Positions 45,809-56,041 of a DNA stretch of 64,000 bases are shown here, piece after piece. The stretch comes from Mayamaea pseudoterrestris (lineage: Eukaryota), in NCBI GenBank assembly GCA_027923505.1, contig BROI01000001.1, forward strand, positions 806,001-870,000, given 5' to 3'. The translations under genes and the position numbers were made by a program. The notes under the pieces are model-generated. The model saw only the letters and a list, made by a program, of their open reading frames with translations. It was not told where the DNA came from and searched no databases. Position 1 is the stretch's first letter. The number at the start of each line of letters is the position of its first letter.

Positions 45809-47920
45809 TCAAGGCGTCGCTTTGAGGTTCCGCCATGCACTCGGAAATAGTTCACCGGGAATTCCCATGGCATGTCGAAATGCATTCGGCAAGAAGATGT
45901 CCGACGAGTATGGCAGATCATACCAGTAAAAGGCTTCTGCTGGAACGTCTGGTATCGTAGCAATATTTTCTATGGGCCGACCGTCCACTTTCGATTCATA
46001 CCAAAGAACCACCGAGTACACCCACGAGCCATCGTCCTCGTCTTGCCACGCCCGCAGATTATCGCATCGATAAATCTTTCCATGTCCGTCCCGAATAAAG
46101 TCTTGCAAGGTTCCGTTGCGCTTGTGCTCGCGCCAAACAAAGTCGCGAAAAAGGTTGTTGCACCAAAGCTCCACCGACGGTTGCTGCAGAGACGGATTGT
46201 CAATAATGTCAAACTCGGTCGGCACCCGCGATACTTTATCGGCGTTCAATTCTACTGCCGGTTTGTAGCGATCAGCTCCAGGCAGTGGTTTCCAATTCTG
46301 CATGTGCGTCTGCCAAGCTTGCTCCCAGTCGTCTCCATAGTCGAGTAGTATTTCCTCGCCTTGTAAAATATTGCGCGTCGCTACAACGTCAAAGGCCAGT
46401 TTGGCCGTGGCGTCGCCATCCAGACTTGTCAAGTTGTGTAGCAGAAGCTTGGGCATGTGGTTGCCTCTCGCTGCATCGGCCCACACAATCTTGACATTGG
46501 CTTGCGTTTGGTTGTGGTTAATGTAGCTGGATATTGGTCCATACGGACACAGTAGCAGGGAGCTTTCGCCGTGTCCAAAGCAGTAGTTGAGCAGCAACTG
46601 ATGCGATCGAACGCCAAATACTGGATGCGAGACTGGTATTTCTTGCTTCAGTGACTCGGGGTCAAAATGATACATTTCCAAAATGGTTCTATCGGAAATG
46701 TGAATGAGCGGCATGGCGGCGACGCGAGTACCTTGCGGCAAATTTCGAGCGGCAAAAGCGCCCATGCCAGCCTGCGGCAGCGTTGATCGCTGGGCCGTAA
46801 TGTGGTCTCCGCATGTACCATGCTCCTGCAGCCATCCAATGGAGCGTGTTGATTGTTCAATCCGAAGCTGCGTAATGGTCTTGTTTTGCCGCAGCAAGCG
46901 GTCCATTTCCGCATGGTCGGAATGATGGAAAGCACCAATGACGCGAGAATCAACAAAAGAAGTATTGCGAACAAACATATTCCATATATCGTCCAATGTT
47001 TCAGGCAAAAGTTTAAGACTCTGACGATCAATCAAGTCCTTGTACTGCTCGACGAGTCGATGCGCATGATCCAAATCGTCCGTCAACGGAATGGGTCCAA
47101 GTGCCGGCCTCGTAGTGAACCAATTCTCGCCGTAGGAAACAAACAATTCCTCTCCAGCAAGTAAATCGCGACTAGCAGTCGTGGTTCGATTACCATAGGC
47201 GCTGATTGCTCCGGCTCCCGGGTCCTTGCTCCGATGCAACTGCTGGGGATTCACGTGCGATGGGTTCCATTCGTCAATGTTCAAAATGGGTAGGAAGCAA
47301 TTTGCAGCCGCGCCGAATCCCATGGATGCAGCATTCACATCACTGTAACCTTCATGGTCCATCTATACAGAATTAGCAATGAGGGAAGTGCATAAAGTGA
47401 GACAAAAATTGAAGTAGAATTTAGTTTGCACGTCATGCGTCATGCAACCGCAACTCATAGCCTGACGTACATTCAACGCTTCCGCATTCCACGTATATTC
47501 ATCCCACAGAAAGGAATCAAAGTTTGGATTGTGCTTGTTGTGAAGCCGCAAGTCAATGATGGACAGTGTCAAGTCGCCCGTCGCTTGCAGTTGCTCGTCA
47601 GCTTTGAAGGGCCGACCCGAGTACAATCCAAGGCCGGCGCCAGGAATGGTCGATGGCGCTAGCCATACCCCGCACTCCAATGGTTCCATATTATTGTGAA
47701 TTGATTCTGCATTCAGTGTACTAGTTGTTTCGTTTGCTTGCAGTAGAGGTAGATATAGTGACGATCCTGTGCCAGCATAGGATGATGCTGCTGCAGATAA
47801 ATCGCCATTCAAGGGAGCGGAGACGGAGCTTTCCAATGCAGCGAAACTGCAATTATAGAGACATGTTAAGAGTAGGAATCGATGTAGTTGCGAATTGCTT
47901 AGATTAAAGGTCATGTTCAT
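45809..47920 (-). CDS. Secretory-pathway double-SET-domain protein (diatom BacSET-like)
   Basis: Exons 47920-47471 and 47362-45809 (GT-AG intron of 108 bp). Hydrophobic leader LHRFLLLTCLYNCSFA. SET1: CGVWLAPSTIPGAGLGLY...AANC...RDLLAGEELFVSYGENWF. SET2: STLPQAGMGAFA...LLLNYCFGH...YINH...ATRNILQGEEILLDYG. Tail SDIFLPNAFRHAMGIP. Confidence 0.85.
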
Positions 47921-48200
47921 GGTGGTACAGTAGTAGTTGACATGTTCTTGATGATCCGTCCCTCGTGCCAACCGAGCCGTCGCCAATGGTGTGTTTCACC
48001 GTCCGTTGACTATTGGATACAATGAGGAGGATACCGTGATCCTATCGCGCCAGTCCATGTTGGTTGGATGCGTTGAGTGGGGCGTGGGCGTCGCGAACTC
48101 TGCCGCACCATCACTCAAAGTGCATCCGTGCAAAATGACCATGGCGAAGACACTGCTGCGATTATTTTTCCGAACGTCCATATATTTAGTACAAGCAACG

Positions 48201-48983
48201 ATGACAGACTCCAGTCATGAGGAATCTATTCCTCTACTGAGTCCATTTGGAACTTATCCGAATCCGCTTGTCATTACTGAATCGGATCGAGCCAAACACT
48301 TGCACCCAGTCGTCGTCTTTGCCACCAAGCCATTGATCATGGACTTTACCAAGCCATCCAATGAGCGACATTTGGCGATGGAGGAGGAGCGACTTGAACG
48401 ATCCAAGCAATATTCAATGTCATTACTGCCGGAACAAAATCAAACTGCTGCATCAATATTTGCAATTGGCCGCTACGATGAAAATCGCGTCAACATGTAC
48501 ACTTCGCCCATGTTTGACGATGTAAATCATGACATTGACGGCTACGCCGGCCGACGAACGATTCATGTTGGCATTGACTTGGGTGGACCAGTTGGAACGC
48601 CAGTCTACTCTTGCTGCGACGGCACTGTGCACAGCGCCGGCTACAATGGCGAGCTTGGTGACTATGGTTACGTGTTAGTCGTTGAGCATTGCATCCAGCG
48701 AGAACATGGCAGCAGCGATATAGTTTTTTACGCACTCTACGGACACTTGGATGGCTCGGTGAAGCAGTGGAACACTGGAGACGTTGTCAAGGCTGGCCAA
48801 GTGCTGGCAAAGATTGGCGACTACCACGAAAATGGCGGCTGGTTGGCTCCGCACGTTCACTTTCAGATTGCCACTACTGCGCCCGAAACGCATGACATGC
48901 CTGGTGCTGTTTGCGTTAACGATAGAAGGCAAGCATTGATTGACTATCCGGATCCGCGCTATATACTGGGGGAGTTGTATTGA
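48201..48983 (+). CDS. Peptidase M23 family zinc metalloendopeptidase
   Basis: HxxxD (IHVGIDLG), GTPVY, DYGYVLVVEH, YALYGHL, GDVVKAGQVLAKIG, and HxH (PHVHFQ). Likely start MTDSS at 48201. Confidence 0.9.
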   Translation: MTDSSHEESIPLLSPFGTYPNPLVITESDRAKHLHPVVVFATKPLIMDFTKPSNERHLAMEEERLERSKQYSMSLLPEQNQTAASIFAIGRYDENRVNMYTSPMFDDVNHDIDGYAGRRTIHVGIDLGGPVGTPVYSCCDGTVHSAGYNGELGDYGYVLVVEHCIQREHGSSDIVFYALYGHLDGSVKQWNTGDVVKAGQVLAKIGDYHENGGWLAPHVHFQIATTAPETHDMPGAVCVNDRRQALIDYPDPRYILGELY

Positions 48984-49282
48984 ACACGCAGGTGTGTGTG
49001 TACGACGAGGCTGCGAGGCTGTGGAGAGGACGACGTAATTGACGGTCACGATGATTGAAGAGGAGACTGATTTGCAAGACATCGAAAGTTGCATCCAGCC
49101 TTGATCAAAACATATATTGAGACAGGTCGGGAATTTGCCATTACTGTATGCATCTTATACACAAAACAAACGCTGGAGCAACCATATCGCATGGCCCTGG
49201 CAGTCCCTTTCCCCGTAAACAAATTGAGTATAACCGATACCAAAAAATATCGCTGTACTATTTAAAAGATGAAATTCCGCAC

Positions 49283-50779
49283 CTACATGAAACTTGCAGC
49301 CGAAAAGCCGCCTCCTTCGTTCCGCGTTCTAGCGCCTGCACCCTGCAAAATCTTGTCGGCCAGCTTGTTCAGCGGCAGACTCTGCAACCACACAGTTCCT
49401 TCGCCTTCCAGCGTAGCCAGAAAGAGTCCTTCGCCACCAAAGAACATGCTTTTGAGTCCCTTGACCATTTGAATACTGTAGTCAATGCCAGGGTGCGTAA
49501 ACGCCACCAAACAGCCAGTATCAACCCGCAACTTTTCACCCCGTCGTAGCTCCTTTTTTATAATGCATCCTCCCGCATGACAAAAGACCATGCCATCGCC
49601 TTCCAACTTTTGCAAAATAAAACCTTCGCCTCCAAAGAAACCAGTTCCAATCCGCTTGTGCAAGTAAATACTCAACTTTGTTCCAAGCGCAGCACACAAA
49701 AAGGCATCCTTTTGACAAATAATAGCCGTCAAACCTGGAGTCGTCTTTTGCATGGCCAGCATGTCGAGTGCGACAATCGTTCCAGGATAGGGAGCGGCAA
49801 AGGCGACGCGACGCGCATTGGCGCTGTCGGAAGCAACGTTGGAGTGACCGCCGCCGCCATACATGCTACTACTGCCTCCACTACTCGCTCCACCAAGCGT
49901 ATTCGTAAAGTGAGTGACAAACAAACTTTCACCCGTCAGCAATCGCCCACCCGCCATGAGCGCATTCTTCCAAAACCCTTGCTTTGGTTCCGACCCATCT
50001 CCCAGTTTCGATTTGAAATCAACATCATTCTCCAAGTAAAGCATGGCACCCGCTTCGGCAATGACAGTCTCTCCCGGATCCAAAATGATTTCCACAAGCT
50101 GCAAGTCACCCGTGCCGCGAATCTCATAGTCAATCTTGTGGCACTTGATTGGCTGACCAATTTGTGTACAAATTCCGTGGGAAGGAGCTCCCGCAGTTGC
50201 ACCTGACGAGAGTGGAGTAGCATGAGCCACGGCTATTTGATTTGGTTGCTGCGCCGCGGACGCTTGGTAGGGATTGTAGGCCGTCTTGTTGGCACTAGTC
50301 GTCGTCGGCGAGTACGTGCTGCTGCTATTGCCGTACGTGGTGCCTGCAGTGGAGGGCGCGCCATACGCAAATGTTGCAGTTGGTGCACCGTACGATGACG
50401 TAGAGGTCGACGGAGCTGCTCCATATGTAGTACTTGGTTGCGCCATTTGTGGCGCCGGATTGCTCAATGCTGCTGAAAAAGGAGGCAAATTGCTGCTAGC
50501 GCTCGTGGACGAGTAGGTTGAAGTCGCTGCTGCAGGAGCCGAAGGAGCCCCAAAGTTAGTCGACGGCTGTCCATATGACGACGTAGACGACGGCTGACCA
50601 TACGCCGAAGGCTGATAGGCACCTATATGACTTGTATTTGATGGTGCGTAAGCATTCGTCGAAGGAGCACCATAGGGCGACGACTGCTGCTGTCCGTACG
50701 ATGTCGCTGCAGCTGCAGGCTGACTTTGACCATACTTGGTTTTGTTACCCGTATTAGTAACGTACGGAGCGTTCGACAT
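49283..50779 (-). CDS. AIM24 / TIGR00266 family protein with S/T/Y/G/A/P-rich N-terminal extension
   Basis: [101 protein letters not shown]. Confidence 0.9.
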   Translation of the reverse strand: MSNAPYVTNTGNKTKYGQSQPAAAATSYGQQQSSPYGAPSTNAYAPSNTSHIGAYQPSAYGQPSSTSSYGQPSTNFGAPSAPAAATSTYSSTSASSNLPPFSAALSNPAPQMAQPSTTYGAAPSTSTSSYGAPTATFAYGAPSTAGTTYGNSSSTYSPTTTSANKTAYNPYQASAAQQPNQIAVAHATPLSSGATAGAPSHGICTQIGQPIKCHKIDYEIRGTGDLQLVEIILDPGETVIAEAGAMLYLENDVDFKSKLGDGSEPKQGFWKNALMAGGRLLTGESLFVTHFTNTLGGASSGGSSSMYGGGGHSNVASDSANARRVAFAAPYPGTIVALDMLAMQKTTPGLTAIICQKDAFLCAALGTKLSIYLHKRIGTGFFGGEGFILQKLEGDGMVFCHAGGCIIKKELRRGEKLRVDTGCLVAFTHPGIDYSIQMVKGLKSMFFGGEGLFLATLEGEGTVWLQSLPLNKLADKILQGAGARTRNEGGGFSAASFM

Positions 50780-50954
50780 GCTTGAATGCTTTCGTAGTCG
50801 ACTGCTATTCTAGATAAGTATGAAGTCGACCCACGTGAGAAAATAAGTCGGAAGCGCTGATGGGTTGCAAGAACGTCGAGGATCTTGTCGCTTCCGAGCG
50901 ATCGCCGATTCTTGTGCGACATCGAACGGTACTCATTTTCTATACCGGTACCGG

Positions 50955-51108
50955 TAGGCTTTCATTTCGAGTTTTACTAAGTGCATTTCCTACAGTCTCT
51001 AGGGACTAGTCTATATAGGCATGGGTTACATCCAGTTTTCTTTCGACACTTGATGGGGACTGGGTTAGAAAGCATGGGACGCATCTCCGGCAATCATTAT
51101 GTCGACGC
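50955..51108 (+). repeat. Diverged ~150-bp direct repeat, copy 1 (copy 2 at 54330-54482)
   Basis: Shared blocks in the same order: TAGGCTTTCA, TTACTA, GTGCATT, TCTAGGGACTAGT, GCATGxGTTACATC, TTTCTTTC, TTGATGGG, GTTAGA, ACGCATCTCCG, ATTATGTCGACGC. Confidence 0.85.
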
Positions 51109-51258
51109 GAGCCCGCGAGCCATCACTCGTCATTGTTGTCGATTTCCATTAAAACCGACGCTGACAGTTCGCACGACGTCCTTCGCTAAACGCCACCGCA
51201 GTAGAACAACCACATAAAATCTTCTACCCATTGGATTCTCTGCCAAAATTTCACAAGT

Positions 51259-52379
51259 ATGCTCGGATACAACGCACGCGGTGGACGAGGACGTGGACTT
51301 GGACGAGGGCGAGGCCGCAACACTCGCCCCGTAGACATTGTCGAGCAAACGGAGCGCAGCATGAAGGAGTGGGGTGTTCAACCTAATCGCAACGAGCAAC
51401 ATCGTAAATTTTGGGACGACTATCTTACATTGGCGCGAGAGATCAGTCGCGGGAAAGTGGAAGCTCAGGAAGCCAATGTTTTGGAAATTCTTCCCAATGA
51501 ACTGGTCAAGGCAGTGCGCCATGTCATGACAAGAGTTTAATGGGCAATCTAAACAAGAATGCCAGTGGCTTCCTTGTCGTTACTGATCGTCTCGCGGATG
51601 TATATCCAGATATTCCAGTCAAGCTTCCTCCTTTTGCGTTTGACACGTTTCAACGCGACTATTGCCTACGAACGGTTTATGAAGACTTGGAGGTGGATCT
51701 GGTTGACGTGGACCCATTGACTCGCTTCGAGTCGTTTAAGGAGCCAGTGATGCAGGGGCTTCGCCGTCAATATGTTGATGAAGATGGGGATCCGTGGAGC
51801 GTTGTGGCTCGCGCACTCGTTGCCCAGGAAGCTTGCCATGGCGCCAAGTGCGTCCATTGCGGCGCAGAATCGCTGCACTGGAATGGCTACACCAAAGACA
51901 CTGAGTATCGCTACTGGAAGAAGATGGTATGCAAGAGTTGCGGCAGCGTTTATGAGATCAAGACGGCCAAGACTTTGTCTGCGGTCGAGACCAGGTTTGA
52001 AAAATTCATTATGAATGCAAACTTTCTTGACGCATATCATGCTGTGCAAACGGAGCTTCGTAATGGCGCTAAGCAATACGTTGCTTTGTTGTGTGAAGAG
52101 CGCGAGTTTTACGAGGGAGTCGAGTGTTGGCCCGTGTACTATGCCGCGGTAAAGCAAGTTTACCCGCAGCTCAAGGCTGCTTCATTTTGTCCGTCAGATC
52201 ATGCCAAAATCTACTCCAAGTTCACTGTTGAAACACCAAATGATATTTCGCATCACTTGTGGTTTCACGTTCCTGTCATTGACAATGTGGATTGGAAGGA
52301 GATTGCCGAAGGCGTTATTGACTCTCTGGAAGAGAAAGCTGAAGCTGCTAAAAGCGAAGACTCCAAACATGAGGAATGA
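51259..52379 (+). CDS. Hypothetical protein with a Zn-ribbon/ExK (DpnI-like) domain, split into two ORFs overlapping at TAATG
   Basis: ORF 51259-51540 has an RG-rich N-terminus. ORF 51540-52379 contains CVHC-x(21)-CKSC-GSVYEIK. Probably one gene with a 1-nt frameshift. Confidence 0.65.
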
Positions 52380-52709
52380 TTTCCAGCATTGGGTACAGCT
52401 ATTGACAATTGGCAAGTGTGTTACTTTAAAATCATATACGTAATTTTTTATGGCAAATTCATTTATTTCGTCGTTGTCAGTCGATGGTGGAGAATGCAGA
52501 TACCGGTAGCTAACTGATAGCGCTACGACATTCTCAACCGGTGTTGAACGGACGCTTCTAATGCCAATGCGCGCGTCGTCGACCATGAGACACTCGACTT
52601 GCGAACAGCAGAGCCGCTCGTCTTTACAACAAGCACTTTGAACTGCCGGACTTCCTTCGAATTATCTCTCATTCCTATCAGCGCTTTCTGCTCTCAATTA
52701 TCTTTTATC

Positions 52710-54332
52710 ATGAATGTTGTTAGCTCATCAAGCCGACTTTCGCTCGATCGAGGAGGCAAGCACGATCCACTCGCTTCGTCGTCAAGCAGCACACCCTTTG
52801 TCAATTTGTATCGCGATCCTCCCAATGTTGAGCTCAGCTTGGATGACTTTGAAGTTTACGCACTCAAGCGCCTCAAAGTGAGTTTTAGTTTGGAATTTAA
52901 ATGCTGGAGAGAATGCATGTGATGTTACAATCAATGTCGAACGATCAACAAGCATTTTCATTTTCGTATAATTGAGATATTTTCCATTGCATCGTCCACT
53001 TGCTTATTCAATACGCATCATATTTCTTCACTCTTCAAACAGATCCTCCGCAAATTGGAGCAGCTCGAGAGTAATCGTGTTCCTCCGAATCAAGCCTCTC
53101 CCAAAATTGAACAATTGATCAAGCAGCAAGACTTGAACGATCCAAACATTGATTCCTACTCGCACTTTATTCTTCGCCTTTCCTACTGTCAGACGGAGGA
53201 ACTCCGACGCTGGTTTTTGCGATTCGAGTGCAAGCTCTTTCAGCATCGGCTCCTGCAGCTTTCACAGACGCAGCTGGCAGCCTCGGTCAGATCGTATGCC
53301 AGTTTGGCACCAATCGCCAAGGAGCAAAAGGAGCAACTCATGCCAGTCTTGCTGCAGCTGTACAATCCAACCGAAGTGGCAACCATGTCACTCTATGCAG
53401 TTCCGTTTACGCAGGCGCTTGAACTAGTTGCCAAGCGTCAAGTCATTCTGCAAAGTGGCAAGGTCTACGTGCCAGATAGCAAAGTTTATCCGATTTTGGT
53501 CGCCAAGTTTCGCATGGAACTATCCAAAAGCTTGGCACTGCTTTCACACAATAACATGGCCAGCGAGGAAACACGCATTCGACCGCTACTTCAAAACTTG
53601 CACCAGTGCTTGGCCGAGCCGGAACCAACCGGCATGGATGGATCGACGCATGGAGTGACACTCACGGCTGCTACCGTCCCTTCATTGCAGTCACATATGC
53701 CACTCTGCATGCGCCAAGTACAGACTGGTCTTGAGCGGGACCGCCACTTGCGCCACTGGGGTCGCTTGCAGTATGGCTTGTTTCTCAAGGGCGCTGGCCT
53801 GTCCATGGAGGATGCCATGCTATTCTTCCAGCGTCACTTTACCAAGGTGACTGGTGAGCAGTTCCAAAAGCAGTATGCCTACAATATTCGACACATGTAC
53901 GGTAAGGAAGGCAAGCGGGCCACGTACACACCGTACAGTTGTAGCAAGATTATCATTGGTAATGCAGCGCCGGCTCACGGCGAGCATCATGGGTGTCCCT
54001 ACAAGCACTATGACGTTGATCACCTTGGCCGAACCTTGCAGCAACTGAAGGTTGGAACGCCGCAGGATCGGTCGGCCATTTTGAAACTCAAGCAGGAGGG
54101 ACAGTTTCAATTGGCTTGCTTAAAGCAGTTTCAGGTGCAACACCCAAAGGCAGTGGAGCGCAACAATATGAGTCTGGATAACGTTGGCAATCATCCAAAT
54201 GCCTGGTTCCGAGCGAGTCTGGAATATGCAAGAGATGGAGCAGCTCCCTCAAATCTGGAAGCTGGTGCAGCGGAAAACAGCTTGCTGCCAGTGGAGAGTG
54301 ACGGTGAAGGACCAGCTATGGCAGCCAACTAG
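52710..54332 (+). CDS. PRIM2: DNA primase large subunit
   Basis: Exons 52710-52877 and 53043-54332 (GT-AG intron). LYRDPP..LSLDDFEVYALKRL, SHFILRLSYCQTEELRRWF, and Fe-S domain MPLCM, HLRHWGRLQYGLFLKG, YAYNIRHMYGKEGKR, YSCSKII, HHGCPY, ACL, HPNAWF. Confidence 0.97.
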
Positions 54333-54482
54333 GCTTTCAATTTGAATATTACTATTGTGCATTACTACGTCTAGGGACTAGTTTTTGTTAGCATGAGTTA
54401 CATCAAGCTTTCTTTCAAGCGTTGATGGGACTGCGTTAGACAGCACGATGGCACGCATCTCCGCCAATTATTATGTCGACGC
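54330..54482 (+). repeat. Diverged ~150-bp direct repeat, copy 2 (starts at the PRIM2 stop codon)
   Basis: Aligns by eye with 50955-51108; offset 3375 bp. Confidence 0.85.
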
Positions 54483-54631
54483 AACCGTCTTCGAAATTGC
54501 AAAGATGATACCGGTCCATATAAGTAAAAATATCCAATTTTTACAAGGTGTGTCAAGTTAAATAAAGCTGCAATTTTGCAGCCAAATCTCTATAATTCTT
54601 CGGTCAATTAGTCAGCAGCAACGTGCGCGTC

Positions 54632-55676
54632 TTACACTATCTCTCTTGCCGAATACAAGCCCCCAGATTCATTGTCTCTGTTCGACTCGCGCGTCCTGTT
54701 GCGACTGTAAGAATCATTGTCATCGTCACTATCAATTACATTGTTGTTTGCTTCATCGTGCTCATTCAACCGAAGGTCGTCACCGGTTGAATCATCGTTA
54801 ACGGGTTCGTCCTTGTAACGACCACCATCATCTTGTCCGCCTCTCGCCGCATTTGACACCGGCCGCGTACCATCCTCATACTCATCTTCCACATCGTCTC
54901 TTCCAAAAGTTGTCACGAGTGGCTGACACTGCGCGCGATCAAACACATATGCCATACACAAGGCCATTAACAAGTCTTGCCCCGGCCCCACCACGACGCA
55001 GTTGCGCCACTGATCCACATGCACCAACGCCTGTCGCGAGGCAATGCGACGAAAGGTGCAAGTCCAGCTTCCGCTCCGCATAATGGGCGTGCAGCAAACC
55101 GTCATGAATCCGTACCATGGGTTGTTAGCCACCATGCGTGGGGCTCTCAGCTTTTCGTCGGAACCAAAGAGCCGGTAAACGTAGCGTCCCTTGAGTGGAT
55201 ATACTTCCAAGTAACCGAACGGATATACTTTTTTGTTTTCGCAGTCAGTATCCTTTAGCGCACGCTGTCCAGGGTAGTTTGGTTGATATGTGCAAAAGTA
55301 GTAGCCATCCTGCCAAAATGCTTTGACGAGATGCCGCTTCACACAGACGAGTCGGCGACCGTACATGTCACCAAAGACAGCCTCGTAGGACCGCATTTCC
55401 TGCGTTTGATCAATCAAAACGAATATCTCATTGCCGTCCTCATCCGTAATGACAGTGTCGGGTTGCCAGCGACCATTGGGGATGAGTAACGTAAAGGTAT
55501 CGTTGGTGGGAGGAAAGCCGCAGAGAGTCTTCCAAGGCTGTGAATATAAACAATTTGCAAGGTGCATTGAGATGATTAAACAAATGAGGATTTTAAAAAC
55601 AGCTTCTATCCTGTTTTCAAGGTCTTGGAAGCAACCTGTCACAGGTCGCAAACGGAGTTTGCTTTCGGCTTACCAT
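54632..55676 (-). CDS. LURP-one-related / tubby C-terminal-like protein with acidic tail
   Basis: Proposed exons 55676-55674 (ATG only), intron GTAAGC...CACAG 55673-55538, exon 55537-54632 (PWKTLCGF...). ITDEDGNEIF, FGDMYGRRLVCVKRH and VVVGPGQDLLMALCMAYVFD resemble the LOR/tubby fold. Confidence 0.65.
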
Positions 55677-56041
55677 GACGACGACGTAATTTCGGCTTTA
55701 GCAATCTGATTGATCGTTCAAACTAAACTGCTAAGTTACTTCTGTAATGTATATAGTGTAAGCTATGGTCTAAATGACGGAGCGGCCCATGGCGTAATCG
55801 CAGCAAAGAAGCATTCATCGATCCAAAGGAAAAAGGCAACCGGATGATCTTGCTTGGTGGGTGGGTCATTTCCGGCGTCACAATGACTTTTCATGTCGTA
55901 GAGCGAATGACGTAAAGCATCGTGTACCGTTGCGATAAAATTTGTCACGCTCACACATGCGGCGAGTGGAAATGGCCTGCCCATACTTTCTTTTTCTCGA
56001 CTTCTTCCTCCGTCCACTACCGTCCAAGTACGTCTCAAATA

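Noticed and set aside
47991..48200. N-terminal extensions given by the ORF track (also 31074-31163, 52599-52709, 55922-56041, 59475-59585)
   Set aside because: They mostly rest on GTG/TTG or upstream starts in promoter-like DNA; downstream ATGs give more plausible N-termini.
26982..50779. Bacterial contamination suggested by L17, GS-like, M23 and AIM24 genes
   Set aside because: They are interleaved with intron-containing eukaryotic genes, show no operon structure, and no composition break is visible.
50955..54482. LTR retrotransposon or self-replicating element (direct repeats + nuclease-like gene + primase)
   Set aside because: No TG...CA ends, RT, integrase or transposase were seen, and the primase is an ordinary intron-containing PRIM2. 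Kept only as a repeat observation.
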